Shown here piece after piece: positions 56,801-59,505 of a stretch of DNA of 64,000 nucleotides. The stretch is from the NCBI GenBank assembly GCA_031428215.1, contig JANPOY010000234.1:57790-121789 (forward strand), given 5' to 3'. Both the position numbers and the translations under genes were made by a program. The notes beneath the pieces are model-generated. The model was not told the origin of the DNA. It saw only the letters and a program-made list of their open reading frames with translations, and did no database searches. This DNA comes from Paracoccaceae bacterium (lineage in GTDB: Bacteria > Pseudomonadota > Alphaproteobacteria > Rhodobacterales > Rhodobacteraceae). How positions within the stretch are numbered: the stretch's first letter is position 1; every line of letters begins with the position of its first letter.

Positions 56801-59505
56801 TTGGCACCGGCCCCGATGCCCGAGACCGCCTCGACGGCAAAGGTGTCGTCCGCGTTCAAATGCGCGGTCATGGTGATGCCACCCGTGGCAGTCAGACTGC
56901 CGCCCGAGATGATGGCGCTGACGGTCGGGTCAACAATACCGATGGCCACGCCGATGCCGACCCCGGTGGCGCCGCCTGCGCTGCCGGTCACCGAAGCGTC
57001 AGCCTTGGTCAGCACGCTGTCGGTGCTCAACGCGGTGATGGTCAGGGCTTGCCCGGTGTTGATCGTGCCCGCGACGTTGATTGAGGTCGTGGGCCGGTAA
57101 TCTGTCACTGCGACCGCCCCGGCAAAGGACACATTGCCCCCCGGGCCAGCCGCGCGGTCGGCTATACTGCCATCGGAATTCGGATCAGCCAGACGCTGTT
57201 CAGACTGGTTGGCGCTGGTGGTGCCGCCACCGGCGGAATCCGCCCCCTGTTGCGTTGAAATCGCCGTGGTCGAAATCACCGAAGACAACGTGGCGGCCAG
57301 CCCGATGTTGCCAATTGCGGCGGTGATCGAGGCGGTGTTTGCAATCTGCAGCGTCGTGGTGATCGCCATCTCGGTCACAGCCAGCGTGGCACCCTTGGCC
57401 CCCGCTTCGGCAGAACCATCAGCCAGAGTTGCGACATCCACTTCGGAAACGGCACTCAGGGTCACGGCACCGCTGGTCGCAGTGATCGCCGATGCCCCGT
57501 CAACCGTCATACTACTGGAGCCGAGGATCAGGATGACCGACACGGCCGCGTCACTGGAGGTCGAGGCCGCACCACCGGAGTCGCTTGCATCTGCAGCGTC
57601 GGCCAAGGCCACGTCGATATCCGCGGTGGCGGTCGCGGTGACGCTGGCGGCAGACAGGGTCGCGTTGGTCAGCGTGATGGCGACATTCGGCACAACGCCA
57701 ACGACGGTCAGGTTCAGCACCCCAGCCCCGGCCAGATCACCGGTTGTGGTAGCGATGCTGGCCGCCCCTTCGGCGGTCATCGTCAAATCGCCCGTGGCCG
57801 TGATCGTGCCAGAAACCGTGATCTTGGCCTCGGTTGCGGCCACGAAGAACCCTGCCAGCCCGATGCCTTGCAGGAAGGCCGGTGAATTGGTGTCGACAAT
57901 GACCCCGTCATCCTCGGCCAGCGCGTTCAAGATCACAGCACCCGAGGCAGAGATCGTGCCGGAAACCTCGATGATTTCGGCGTTCAGTGTCAGGTCGCCG
58001 ACCGTCAGCGTGCCAGTGACCAAGACAACGTCCTTGTCGTTGTCGCCGTTGATGATCAGGTCCATCACACCCAGGTTGACCGTACCTGAAATCGTCACCT
58101 CGTCGCGCGAGATGAACGGAATTGCCTTGTCCGGATCGGCGATGGTGTTGTCGGCACTGTTGCCCAGATTGATGGTCAGTGAATTGGTCGGCAGGGTTCC
58201 AATCGTGATCCCTTCGAAGGTCAGTCCAGCCGGAATGCCCGGCGGTATGGTCAAGCCAAAAAAGGTCGGCGTGATGTGCAATCCAGTGCCGTCTTGCGTG
58301 ATAACGGCAGTGTCCGACATGTCCGAAAGTTTTATGATACGGTCCGTCGTGTTGGCATTGTCGAAGATTGGCTCCAGCCCGGCATATTGCAGGGTGACGC
58401 CATCGCGTGTCACGGTCCCGGAATGCAGGTCGAAGGCCAGATATTCGATTGTCTCAAAGCTGCCGCCGTTGAAGATCAGCGTGTCAAACCCGCCAACACC
58501 ACCGTCCAGGATCCCGGACAGACTCCCCCCTTCAGAAACGACAAAGGTGTCCTCGTTGTCAGCCGAACCCAGAAGGTTTTCGACCGAAACGAAGGACACC
58601 CCTGCAACATCACCGGCATTCGCGGCAGTGACACTCCAGATCGTGTCAGCCGGCGGGCCGGTCACCGCATCGGACCCGGCACCACCGCTCAGCAGCACCC
58701 GACCGACAAGACCGGCGTCGATGGATTGCAGTGCAAATGCGTCGTCGCCCACGCCCGCTTCGACCGTCACAAGTCTGGATGGGGCCACGAAGGAATAGGC
58801 GATCAGCCCGTCGCCGGTGATCGTCGAGATACCGTCGGAGGTGCTGCCACTGTTGTCTTGTATCCGCAGGGTCTGACCCAGCGCCGTTGCATCGGAATAC
58901 AGCCGGTCGGTTGCCGCGTTCTGATCGTTCACCGCCTCGGTGCCGGTCAGCAACAGATTCACCACCGCCGAACCATCCGTCATCGCAAGCGTGCCTGCGC
59001 CATTGCCGGTCACGCTGAGGGAAACCGTGGACAGCGAAGCGCCAGAAAGGGTCACACTGTCAGAACCGCCACCGCCGTCGAAGGAAATCTCCACCGGCGA
59101 CACGAAGCCTTCGCTGAAATCAATTTCAAGCCTGTCGTCCTGCGCCGTACCGGTCACCCGGATATACGACATCTCGCGAACCAGACGCTGACCGATGAGG
59201 GTGTTCGCCTGCTGGTCGTAGAGATTGATCGACTGTGTCAGCGCGTCATAGCGCAGAAGGTAGTCGCTGCCATCCGGCGCATTCATGTCGACCAGGAATG
59301 GGGCCAGATCGGCCGACAAAAGGAATCGGGGCTCGATTGCCTCCATCTTGAGGCCCGGCTTCCCGGTGGACGCCTGACGTTTTGTCCTTCGGAAAGTGTT
59401 CGCTCGGACATCCGAGAACCACTCAAAAGCCTGTTTCCAACTTGTACCTGAACCTCCGGAACGCTTTTCGCGACGGTTCGCGCCAGACTCGAATGGTAGG
59501 GCCAT
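20890..59505 (-). CDS. Giant LEPR-XLL-domain exoprotein/adhesin, 12,871 aa (beta-solenoid repeats, RTX repeats, C-terminal metzincin-like motif)
   Basis: Uninterrupted 38,616-bp ORF with RBS AGGGAG. EAIEPRFLLSAD lies near residue 55. The sequence is Gly/Ala/Ser/Thr/Val/Asp-rich, has many GGxGxD repeats, and carries HELDHMLGSTH near the C-terminus. Confidence 0.93.
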   Translation of the reverse strand: MALPFESGANRREKRSGGSGTSWKQAFEWFSDVRANTFRRTKRQASTGKPGLKMEAIEPRFLLSADLAPFLVDMNAPDGSDYLLRYDALTQSINLYDQQANTLIGQRLVREMSYIRVTGTAQDDRLEIDFSEGFVSPVEISFDGGGGSDSVTLSGASLSTVSLSVTGNGAGTLAMTDGSAVVNLLLTGTEAVNDQNAATDRLYSDATALGQTLRIQDNSGSTSDGISTITGDGLIAYSFVAPSRLVTVEAGVGDDAFALQSIDAGLVGRVLLSGGAGSDAVTGPPADTIWSVTAANAGDVAGVSFVSVENLLGSADNEDTFVVSEGGSLSGILDGGVGGFDTLIFNGGSFETIEYLAFDLHSGTVTRDGVTLQYAGLEPIFDNANTTDRIIKLSDMSDTAVITQDGTGLHITPTFFGLTIPPGIPAGLTFEGITIGTLPTNSLTINLGNSADNTIADPDKAIPFISRDEVTISGTVNLGVMDLIINGDNDKDVVLVTGTLTVGDLTLNAEIIEVSGTISASGAVILNALAEDDGVIVDTNSPAFLQGIGLAGFFVAATEAKITVSGTITATGDLTMTAEGAASIATTTGDLAGAGVLNLTVVGVVPNVAITLTNATLSAASVTATATADIDVALADAADASDSGGAASTSSDAAVSVILILGSSSMTVDGASAITATSGAVTLSAVSEVDVATLADGSAEAGAKGATLAVTEMAITTTLQIANTASITAAIGNIGLAATLSSVISTTAISTQQGADSAGGGTTSANQSEQRLADPNSDGSIADRAAGPGGNVSFAGAVAVTDYRPTTSINVAGTINTGQALTITALSTDSVLTKADASVTGSAGGATGVGIGVAIGIVDPTVSAIISGGSLTATGGITMTAHLNADDTFAVEAVSGIGAGAKTSVAGSLAIHVGLANVEARIGGTVNLNSSHLSVTALSETSTVTKAIPSEDGVTGSSTGVGASVALAIIDFQTRAAVDTDANISGGNDLTLSATSRQDVETFAKSGATGASGATSFVPVAAITLLFSDTVAEIGTGTGAVSFAGDIGLNATHDAGALTTAEGNAKGGTAVGISFGLTVDEQTSLVRVLRNLASTGGAVALTASSLIRSRTDAKASAAGAAADDGSNPDGVDDTADQQATFADKQTENRTGSGPRTTATPSAAGQGGGKMSVAAAISLTIQNVDTATVPANGVSISADDKLTLSALSNVDALADADGSATKGTSGSIGAAVALTYSNVSTLASSGAGTTLTGDGIEINAGKATRSLPLTVVTAKTLDEAGNTIFVGKDHGLSTGDAVVYTNNSGGDAIGGLTTGQTYYVVAAGDDRVKLAASAANAIADPAVTIDLTLGSASGEHQLQKTGEDAIKFDPTTDVFGLDSTEKASLRTGDEVVYGNGGGGGTDIGGLTTGTAYFAVIDADGDLKLALSRDKAFAGDTIKITSAGTGTNHQLTETESRAAADAMSGASNGNLGIAGSLAINVAEVNTTASHANTATAVLRDGADVGGTVGALTISATADTMAGVDANAQQSKAGKTGVGFSFGLNITDHNTRATYETGALINTVAGAPDDITLAATGDYAMRTTVEGGAQSTGGVGATPVLGISVAMNETAAVVQSGATLTIGGDLSVTATHVADTATVAKGDAKGTSAAVGISFGLTVAEDDVKAQLLRGVTSTGGGVSLLAQGAAASRTEAEASATGAPEANGGQNVNDQTAAQTGQAQSQTAARTSSAAAPASAGTGQSQSNASNNGSSLSVAAAISLNIADLDVIATIDNGAVLNTTGVVAVTARGNLDGSAKADGTATTIPASGANSTNVGAAVSLNWGSADIDATLGNADVTAGGLAVQALMFERGDDKTHTFSAESTSGASGGSTGVAGSFALNLPSVSTSALVSDQAKVIITGAGDVTIKAQSATDATVKAGAATAAKKAQSSGGAGAGGTSGGAGTGSSSTSSGNAIGVGVSIGINVSDMLTEAAMAGAATLAGANNLTIESAGSHKMMTEVEGGASATGGTAVTPVIGITVAQNDVLASLPSGSALAITGDLTLKATLDADTATEAMGSADATNAAIGASLALTVTFDSAVATLSRSITAGGAILVTARATAISRSDARASAVGSQQAASNGSAQNGNSVQNQTNNQVGEANSRTTTTGTGNAAASPSSRQNTSSGQLTVAAAIGINIGDTGARAVILGADGAPITVVAGGAVTVKSEANADANARADGQATLKKKASQGSNNSNDTTIGAAIAVNVSDVDNTALLDKASVTGAGINVQALMAARDIKIEASDLDTVDVEANTIFVGTPEVAFTTGEKVTYNQGTGGTAIEGLTTGTDYFVIMGENGTIKLAASQSDAEAGKAIDLKSQGVGDAHELVRTAPSADTITFDPDLSRFEIVFDNPGGIQTGEAVVYDTNGAAIGGLTDGTTYFAIVEADGRLKLAADRTKAMKGEAIVLTSAASAAEHKLTEASHSAGATAISGASGGKTSVAGSVAVNVGLGDASALYGAGAVLTVTGGGASTVAAESTTYSLTRALPSADVKGKSLGLGLSFAIGVSDHNVAASVAGGATLAGFGNLTVAATGNHTEVTKAKAGGITTATDGTSVGGALALMVSLNNTDATIPAGATGLSVDGDLTVSATHSLNLVTEADADTKGGETGVGIALAIVWAEDDTSALLARNVSATGATANNVTVQAVSTAKSVTVSAGSSQGAKKQTSQGDGTSADEQSTSATGAANQQSGAALTTPQPGSQVQTGNNAAGAQTSNPGGVGGNGQQASQKTTGGSVRVAGALAANVMVMDVSAKVEAVTINSTGAMEVKALNNADASSLATGLALNTTDGETGVGAAVAINVAILSANAAIAAATISTGSLKVEAGTSDGEMNEMQAIALAGAGVKQKSNEQSNPGSGGGTNSNGGLAIAGAAGVNYYESDTDASIAGGAEVTATSGDVDMTARQRVGVQNIAGGAALLLSNSGGGASGGGSDGGTSVGAAVAVNIVPIDTDVSIGAGAEVTAQGSVKMLADSAILPMEIIIPDVLPEALGIGVIETGLFVTGLAIGASIASGGGDQQSSGSDAGAGSAVINVFTPDTRAIIGAGSTIIATTGDISVRALSEVRITDAAGSLAFSKDGAGVGVGLDVTVHIATTLAIVDGGAVGTPTTLTAGGNVIIEAESVEDFFQLAVNVGAGDSTSGAGGANVLVNITTTEARINRALDAVVDGVASVTAGGSVEVAAVSKTIIDSYAGSGGVSLSGSAVGISVSVVVDLDDTLAILGDGTSVIARGNGSNGIEVSSGVFNSAGDPIQDTVRGLAVTATSYDDIFQLAIAASASLGSDKSGNSSGGGSSQSGGGDSTTIGIAGAVTVAVVNGETKAVLGNNVDVNADAGLNATEGNDLQGIFVRGTDETSIQQVAGGGTFALNGDVGLTGSVAVVIADQKVWAKALGNNTLRSKTGGVELDAKGKTDIDALVIAVAGVVDTGSGSQQSSGGEIKFAGAGAVTVNIVKNEVLAEVGAASLIDTTGAMIVNAADNSDITSDAGGVAFALALSNSSGDSAGSIGASVAVNDITQTIRATITDTPITAASVDMDASNNAQIDTLTIAGSAAVSNSSTAFAGAGAGSGNYINATTIASISNPSGIQIVNAVGGAVSVNAKDNSKVNADAGSGALAVSTASSGSNAGAVAIGAAMAVNDITKSTTAQVNLADVDSAAFTVEAKSTSDIDAFTFAVSGSLSSGSGTLALAGAGSGSGNAITSTVLATVTASDITATGLVTVNASEAGTIDATTGSLGIALNFGSGTGAKVGVGLGIAVTINQVTASAIAMVDDTTINAVGQNVVITAANAASIDSTAFGVSLSVSTSGSGAAVGASANVAVSLNDINLTTRAVLSDSAGDDSISVAADLIVRATDTGNIKASATSVGLAVSSSSSSVSVSGAVNVSVADNSIVSTTEALIDNVDVDVSGVVDMDASSSKSISAIVTAASVGVSLGSGSGASASLTGAGTRSYNETTNSVLAIIRSANVTAGGDITLDAIDTTAISATLVAVAASVSVSGGSGASATLTVTVSDANNAITNTTRAVIEDASRVESTGGDMRLNASSDGSITATAIAASLSVGVSGGTVGLSGSGVGAIAVNTITNTVEAGVIQGSSVEADGTAGIFATDSATVEANVITAAVSATIGGSAATISITAAVSLAKNTINNTVAAHVGDSDLIAGGSGTIAADSTKSISATQIAVSVDVSIGSGSLTLSGAFGIANTVNVIGGSTQAGIFGADTANFGGPLTITADSSSAISATLVAVTASVAVGSGLVTLAMSAAIALASNSITTAVLAGIVNSTVSAGGAVTVAATNASDIDAISVGVAIAVSVGSSAAISAALAVATATNTISGSTESLIQNSLVNAAGSVSATLLDTAQITSDVIAASVSVAVSGGIAGVGLSVAVSLAENVIEGISRAAIENSTVTAKGVGSDVIVSAVAMNTIHALGIAAAISVSASSGAVAISGAGSGTKSRNYMTNTLGAAITGSTVISADDVSVTLSDQSGIESNTIAAAVGVSASSGVALTGVVAVNISENEIAGDYHALIENSTVTAQGDDVIVSANIQNSIDALAISAAVSVSASSSLALAGAGAGTETRNITSNTVAAQITGSTVTAADDVSVSLTDQSTILADSAAAAVGISASGGGSISAVVAINLASNQIGGQYSANILNSTVVATAGDVTVSAEAMDSIDALALAIGITVAASSGFSVGVGGSGVVAKNLMQNTLAATIEGGSVTAGGRVNVTSSDTSSIFADIASATLAVSISSAAAVSFAVSVTIAENTIETDNKALISSAAVIAPQGVLVKAETDNSIDAFAMAIGVSISGSSGFAAGVSITGLIARNIMTNETSAQILGGSVASIGAVEVQASDSSRILSDAANVSTSVAISSGVAIAVSIAYTESLNDIDSQTLARVDGVTSLTGSSLTVDALNEMDIDTLAVTVGLSISGSGGVTVGGAGTGVISHNEIGTVTEASVTDSTVVTTAKTSVTARDESVILADIANVSASVGVSGGASLSLNIAFTDAVNVITGSTTATIDNSIVTAGAVDVLATNSAKIDTLAATVAFSATGSGGLTVSGTGAGVVARNTLTNTTEASIRSGSDVTATGAVMVKATDSSQINADIATFAISLSFSGGGSIALTIAANKAVNEVDGSTIATIAASTVSGSTLNVEAYNQSQIDALAITVSVTVSGSSGLTIDGTGAGVEAKNTMNRDTEASIFDSTATIGTTTTVLAHNTSNIDAVLATVAASVGVSGGASMSVTFALTLAENVVEGDTTATVDRSTVTGTGLSVETLNQAQIDVIAATISLDVGVSAGFTVDIAGAGAVGRNTITSDNVASIVDSTVNVGSGAVTVNAEDKAKIKSDLASVSAAIGISGGASVTIAVAATEAVNVIGGSTSAIIDNSTVIGSTIDLDALNDTEIDAFAATIAFSLGGSGGITVSGTGAGVKARNVLTNETTATIRNNAQITATAGAGSVDILAEDSALITADLTTVAVSIGISGTASINLAVAATVAENVIGTKALAGVGSDSALDTTTVTTDLLDIDAIGGARIDALGIAVALSGGGSGGVTVSGAGAGVDATNTITGSTEAYIRNATATVTGGAVTVHADDNAQINAILTSVSFSLSVGVGASISLAVSATLAENTLEGKTLAEVTGSGVTAGSVTVDARSDATIVSTAAAVGLALGAGGGISVSGAGTGADSRSVMNNKVLARIADSSVTSAGQVTVQVTDASTVSADVIAVSVAGGISAGAAVNLAVAVSLTEVEYNTKTIAEIHNATVTATTGNVLVKAQAAGSITIVGAAAAVTVGGAVGLSISGSGAGAVGSIIAGSLTEARISGNADVSALSGNVTLDADDTKILTTDVVSVAVSLSFSFGFSAAIAGVVSIVDVNYDGVVRAQIDDSSVDAAGMVQVLADATTTSSADAVGVSVAISAGGVAAALGFAAGVVTNTMAQTVDAIISNADTAGSQSVTAGSNVEVKAQDSVTINANASAVSVSVAVGLGAATLSIAAAKTTINLNGKTRAQILNSEIQATAGYVLVDARTTSSMSNVPEAVAVAASVSLSGFALSGAGASGYTSVNREVRAQIGGQSEVEAGTYITVQADDSLSSTVDVGATAASFGLTFSVAFGIGLGTNTIATQTFASVEDSEADANGGALTIMAGSDYQLGDLTTNVRVLAASVGLVGFAVAGGAATESINSVVEAFGSNADLEASGDVIIAATSTHYVDPVVTGVALSTGLSIARMDSYANVGGATRAYLDGESSVISSQPMDINATSIASATPKGFAVAVGLAAGAAQTVFEANVTRETAAYVGTRAGETPTASAVVALGSKALNITSNATLNATVSSFTMGIGLFAGEALASSRATVNGTTLAYVGEGATVNAGAVTISATSGDTASATNDSITAGVVTITKSDALATVSSRTEAFIGAYAGTEASPTAVTQVTTTGSNNVSVDADAVMSANSTVNGAGFALVNIESYEPIAMINGATRAYVRDGAGVNANNLIIRAGESSDRIDYTATAVTGGGDDFALLGAFRDLQPKAFVTGTVEAFIGASLEEDGTGNPLATITLRGVTQLDIQAWGNFKADAKVDDTGGTLGVDVSAISPYADAGGFTRAFVNDGINLGTLDLKLLADGVARSDAAIDGVELAGIAAIDLLSPTTRVSNVTEAFVGRAFDTSTSDTATITAGDIDIDARSKSVAFSKVAGFDFGVAAAVDDTTILSDASGATRAYIGKNTTLNAVSVDLYANELDPDGGMAMANALYDGTNASLFLTLNTFKAVATASRITEAFVGTNSTLNLGTGTLVAKAENTLSSAMASAVIDAAAGAGIANVSNFEARAIVGQGGSQASATRSYVADGAKVTAASVDLDALSIVSTAAVVDAGSGAGIADISSTRIIATNAHVTKTYVADNVTLTLSGALTIDAKSTITANPYSDNTAIAGAVTFGSTEISTVLDSDTEVSIGDGVTINVGSITMKADATHNASADIDQGGGSLIADIQSLLAKAEDKGSVEARIGAAGGTGGTINVATGFDVDAILDSNVNSESETLSFSLVSAGNLTAQAINDADAKGRIGDNMDITVTSGNFDMLVSLDGYARSESQGLNVGGVAVSLSTSDADFIAGVDFNVGSGGTIHASGNVNLYADLNYNRGASTFFDQAGGGVSGRGAIAGADNDTAGLVAITNADIDAYAASIMTFSVAANANFQAGSTVNVQAKHANTAFSTLASAGGGLVNVQSGDSFARSGGEKNGTTLQISSMSFLGDVTDGAGGDGAQFLNVSLETLAAAEAVATTDGGGLVTVSGAGSTVQGVTNVSQNFDFAGSSSDLLLGSEISATTNLLTDADVRSSSAQGGLVTVASLTSDAWAYGLVDMDVGAANAINAATRVLISANHGASPAPVSDGTVVSSDPANAAGEPTATGTTNSINFNLPHQLQTGSSVTFASQSSGGLVEGRQYSVIVMDSNEIRLGEVFGDSQVDTVRDEITFLNGHNLENGQIVWYHSGTSGNIVDGLAQGTQYRVYKVDDNTIKLQGLSQNIESVTATRSQIGLFDNRVVIPNTFVVGDPVTYRVAPPAEFSSAVVDGTVTNSNPFTFSASDNNRIYVQGHGLQTGEAVTYQHYTVNNDGTLNFGNGTAIDIAFPGGALSNNGTYYVIRIDSNYIQLAATQNESTGLPDDPDTAGDQSVPVTPINIVRNTSAAALDTVHRLTSLFNSPVLNVGEVYFVSAVAGDGSWFELNNRFNLPALMIASGAFGQHIFAVEGLDLQDQGPGSNQQLVVDLTSAVSGRFDGIGGARGFAGAPSGDSTVTATATGRSGGVVDVANATVTAHHGANVNLTVGSADIFSADVDIVSNSAIGVSGIADGRGGGFASIGSANATATGSNTNKIAIGSGAEIEGDNTLDITTNTASNVTAYAESNRGGFVAFIGGSANASLNYSVDIDIAGTLLSDGTITVQTNTSANANAETNGFAGGLGGTGDTTSNASIGTSGDKANSTITILATADVQASSIIFRSQNTKLTAVALAKTEVDAAGGDAEADATARIYTDNRVILAGTGAGNGAWIEADEAILIEATTAEATSRATADSSLDALGGDSDANATASLDLLDFVQGFWEAELTTASLVVSATQFNLVNRAIRRGDGAVFGGFGGSANEGQFNPLRWIFWESHVYLLGEPNPELEILADGTISKLTNIKLLGVNLNKQEGQQLSTANDQVILDDIIYDEAGEVVFFTNDVAGQEASVVWGNLGLIESQRTWDSVKITNYSDYDVVINHIDVIDGSAVVKVVADDIKFDDAFGSNIGLNAEVPERTFEFDLNLRYPQTGVLIRNLSGLDGTGSPVAASEIILLGGIENTFGSTTILNQRGNIRVDERQLVTEQGVLPTAIYDEALIRTNTLSVVASGDIGNQTGGTNGTTRKALSVELLRILHAVERADVPTNLTLKEISLTADAGRDAVLDLTFFDRSKTPAENTLLVVEIKRLTAGDDVDVVINDSKAGDNVAPIDGVTVSTYVAPTGAYTPALNLGATQARTGTWFLHWSPEPVANAASAYDFIGRSLGVTGTEVNSTYVFVEVRSGDDIDIGHVDTSDAYVGAENRTYRTTTFEYGAMQPNGTRSINVIEENSPSTTINFVIYTDVDASNTGLENDEESGGAQIFLTTNGFVQATELLGDMLVGHIHSTGNDVTLRSPGRILDANGLPTVDVSGVNVTLHSGVATGGGFTVGGLAIPAGTSAANADNGGIGQSDDFLEINSDRNNSGGMLFAYETTADTSHDGIHLDELTGDMRISIVTTLANVSLRTVAGSIVDADTDTTADVLGESIDVDANGLNASIGQIGNDLEIDSNVGDTASEVSFYDTAARDAALNNTSLDDVSLEASLDIFLSETDGALRLALAHTFYGAIRLTVRESSAKNEHLYLQDSGSANFAESNTRNPGNQTDHLRNFQHGTIFAERGSVTLFVGDSIAFDANADVLAAGNIVIKGDANYTDGTFSAADPDSVAGDNFGTTIVLRGRLIAGAVVTPGNDGYSAGQSGDPAMGTAVAFYGTPVNTAQIFGNTGVDLIEFGDTSGVAGGTIQGSAGFIYLGSKTRAYGSRDVPADGTGLHDKDLSIGDDGEDLFRVYFLQDTATVTSPSMLNNPQDADLAFGPDLTNLGRALAEHTLTLDGQADTDRYEIHVLGSNGTDPRNYIINALDTGAETDGVDELHILAPAGSPSRLAGTNDLFLLRAMRDIDNEDVHRAGFVALLHGTVSTYQDIVQFNEDSPEVGRVQYDSGINGRMVVEGREGNDQFYSDDVTIITTLDGGAGDDTFQVGQIFGQNRSAAANLLPNDVFPDLVATTRGWLSPGSSAPLVAQGGTGNDTFRVYSNQSELRLEGDDHNDLFIIRAFALAATTDFDWNGDGQINKADLAAGLAYQIAIKNDLNNDGGINFLDVYKTLNNRSDDVIVLDVDGVATPQIGLGFSVAQAPDIRAGGGQDEVRYNVNAPVSVDGGTGFDKMVILGTEFADDIVIRADGIFGAGLNVRYSTIEVVEVDGLEGDDEFFVLSTAFGVSYRVIGGLGSDVINVGGDVTEDIVTRELEGATGTVDHLVRSGDALYDGLVIDGFDYNVARSGEGLVVINQEATGDQSLGRTVVGEESDVLDQFADFYTIRLAQAPTSVVYVTVSAARSFQEERALDPITGLPYDLNPAFLTDALGETVWLSAVNPTLAGGPGTDYAVGPNTFSTVTDQEFQRVITVNGVTAYVSQNAITFAFTAGNFANAVGVWVFAPDDDRSEGDRVTVIQHSVVSEDIAYDGIDVRNVEVAVRDNDTPGIKVREVDAGGLEDGRTVVVEGSSVSKLSDEIRLSLAKAPVFGNVVVDLVVDVASDNALTFTNITGDTRLTLFATTTVRADGKVLIGQMTFTAANWDDEIRVGVEAREDFVREDLEIAVLEFERNDETTDADYIFPNLRSGFQLIDVEVFDDETSGAVVLESGGSTLLVPNQSTDTYHIRLTRQPDANVTVAVLTDGLADVISINGTAVTPESYLAVGGVIATQLFTGNLIFGVDGTGNLTVTRGAGSDFGSFQDEGFFGESLQASVRFDGTVTFGDNGTYLTISGTGVGTGFTAGETIRVRAGSADGFDDNNDDYVVQSVSGNLIVLTALLSGGNWGETGVEQDVQLSDFALVPGQRLRLTATGGFAGNTGDFVVKSVSANGKTITLGSTLAATPGWTQGATVVPAVLSDLAENTIFSGSVTYGAETGLNAFPGQFLDLGAAGAQEGWLADGFLEGMWVRIINLDTPDDPLTRSVEAKIQLIRGDNDSQDSKLQLINVTINEVEQLLSATWLGTGSHNVQVVRIAPEATFSGTDWHELQTVVLAADADYVVPPTRDGVKIFPVSTHLLSKLRGPLAVEGGPAGADRSLTSGVKLPGEDDDFLIAIGAQAPESQQIDVLNIFNDSSMADTSGVLTQTTLRGFGMANDLVFKDVSGPLFGEAAAGSTSITVPGGISFGKVNFGSLSVGTDGAQSTIEVLNIMLGQGNDRLDINGTLDPAPFVSAQNVFSFSTVGADPDAENAFAGYYTVRSNVIDWKAEGFLPNQLVTVDGVPGVSFIVVEVADAIYLDGDGLPVLEAGTALRDPNDNSILVLQAVGTLSGESITALIDAFVGEVRLVAVDALVLGQYSYGVESTPTGAVLSGVNWEQEGFLEGHLINIGGVNGSFNQAVQYRVLSINGTTMEILGEPIAAGAASNNIWVQGPHGGLTVVHGGGNLPVQTFGAYKAQTIAGVNYLLRDDGRNWASDGYAVGQIISIEGETTTRQIVAILNANGVPTNPAAFGKPAGASASWGNGSVLVLSGNPIVASDVDSDGKIDIHKSVAARIEVTATVTLLADRLTRTDGGNWTTDFAAGQVIFIEGIPGGFTIESVTATTIKLAGAAIHECVIEEGSEITVYRIDLSKDAGAQIGGDHFVIGLDLGALGVIIADGISAAEQVKINNAVLAGSESPLVVYGDTSQDGVWYSGRAYDRLGLEFGPKPFNMFPHLPDEQNEDDEWVFPLANPYDFAGHDIIDASALFTLRPVQSVGLTAYGGAGNDLIIGSQAGDHLAGGSGDDTILGHNGTDHIYGDSGINVNILTRALNIATVDNSPAPTVDPFIGASDQTFKPVKVAAPMRDDMVAGRDVIYGDDSLAGDAETTPNIIFGDHGEVVMWVDDPNLPPMLLQRIQSTDLALVLEINTKEFQNGADDIIFGSAIADMLIGGAGHDMIDGRGGDDLIFGDHVALTRRVDPTNTILGVPVGQGNMTSLRFQALAGVLLYSRTDRDLPALMGDGTTAARTPEFPYTLTGTESLGEYNSGRLLTNGIAQIYRDPTGPDWWTEYKIDYAQFHTFAINDGAVGVGTFGNDYIAGGAGNDQIFGQLGHDWIQGDGSIDAAVANLSHVGAARVPNVDGFGIDDPVGPLVVVASFEALTDGQDYIEGGGGRDVIFGGLGQDDIVGGSSEFFSLVTSGNRPDSDDWLFGGAGTQISRNNGFNPTADSDNNAATGYGEDRPTALGVTYANKHGRDSDAIVGDNGDIIRIVGVNGTDVNPTGNPANGALYVQFNYDNYGGEKIVVRGIRLIDYTAGGPDFAPQNFQQGQGHLMWSETCDPTEGFWSTDIGGHDEVHGETGDDFIYLGGGFDIAFGDADDDDIIGGWGHDWISGGTGLDGILGDDGRIFTSRNTSSERRSEFGTNETLFGVDFLLNRDPDARTSQGNVLSELIHTPGNVQVELINVAGDLKKSVDLTPFALNETWVLDDPLGANPKYADDVIFGGLGVDWMHGGDGDDAISGAEALEDSYAPRFGQLRDAAGQLMVDENGDPVIGIVGLWKSDFNSPYNPSDILKFGDDSDPWNDPKPVQMRLGEFFLYDEYDPRRTILFERSEDHNAVLGYHGQIWGDLGSTVVLPTDATLLHYFLNFHDNEGITRLGYVAFKPDGQTPDTSVPAQYRQSDGDDMIFGDLGNDWMVGGTGRDRMYGGFGNDLMNADDVMGGPAVYLRDAEGRLINAQGQTVTVPVKLADVSIYDSHKALNNGTDTHWLYEDRAFGGAGLDILIGNTKGDRLIDWVGEFNSYIVPFAPFGIATVSRQVPPHLFDFLYAQAFGDGADITRTEDGNQPNHNNRYSNVALLQGGIRGEIGLVTQKDHGYWQDQTGGPTDPQAGNIPGGRRDVLRTSDFNNNSQDIFVRDTGNLTVQGGAMTLAATSNTTQGSAVYNMDQYLPIYYEIRAQILAAKPVGGAKSNAYIIFDYMSDIDFKYAGINVSTNKIEMGYRDATGYHQLIQSNKPVLLKPNAMYDVLVAVNGNNVTLQVAGVNWFTYNYAPKYDEEGLPIPLNKGFVGFAVDGGVAKVDNFTVQVLPPDWTLEQADDFVGSTRTIDFAVETGAWALNVNQGEYESALNGADVAISLIDLGAPISASAIIEVETRLASGDVGGIVFDYYDDTRYKFVLVDAQNDKVVVGHVDGAGVVIDRSFAMALDPALSQHLKLKTSGASIQITVNGSNIGSHGFNSVLVDGGMGLISFNGADFQEAAVRTNDQVFEVSQGLRATALGAGDVTLLTPTEVALMKDAAIGIMVARLNLTAEQEALLRAVEVTIADLAGTLLGRTQGARIVLDADAAGHGWFVDLTPLSDAEYLADVNGLLRALPGAASAGRIDLLSVLTHELDHMLGSTHLAYAEEGDLMDSTMAPGLRLSIFAGDEATADTGQRGVLIYDNTLGRFVTDEGLRHMTSARKLGLDLSEGDVVVAAARTRDDQPGLVNSVVRVLGVDKRGGEDNRPEEAVLPADSLVAWVWKDNQTTVGPTRGAAIASTARLQSEPGAVADLADDTGMAKRTENSQSEAPKKDDSAESAVTWKARSGLLDRLTSLFQK
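23300..26340 (-). repeat. RTX-type Ca-binding nonapeptide repeat clusters
   Basis: Examples: GGAGNDLIIGSQAGDHLAGGSGDDTILG, GGAGHDMIDGRGGDDLIFGD, GGWGHDWISGGTGLDGILGDDG and GGTGRDRMYGGFGNDLM. Confidence 0.85.
41000..48900 (-). repeat. Intragenic degenerate tandem repeat of about 62 aa (about 186 bp) in the giant protein
   Basis: Recurring pattern N.I...T.A.I..S.V.A.G.V.V.A....I.A. One unit counted by hand is 63 aa. Roughly 40 copies by length; boundaries approximate. Confidence 0.75.
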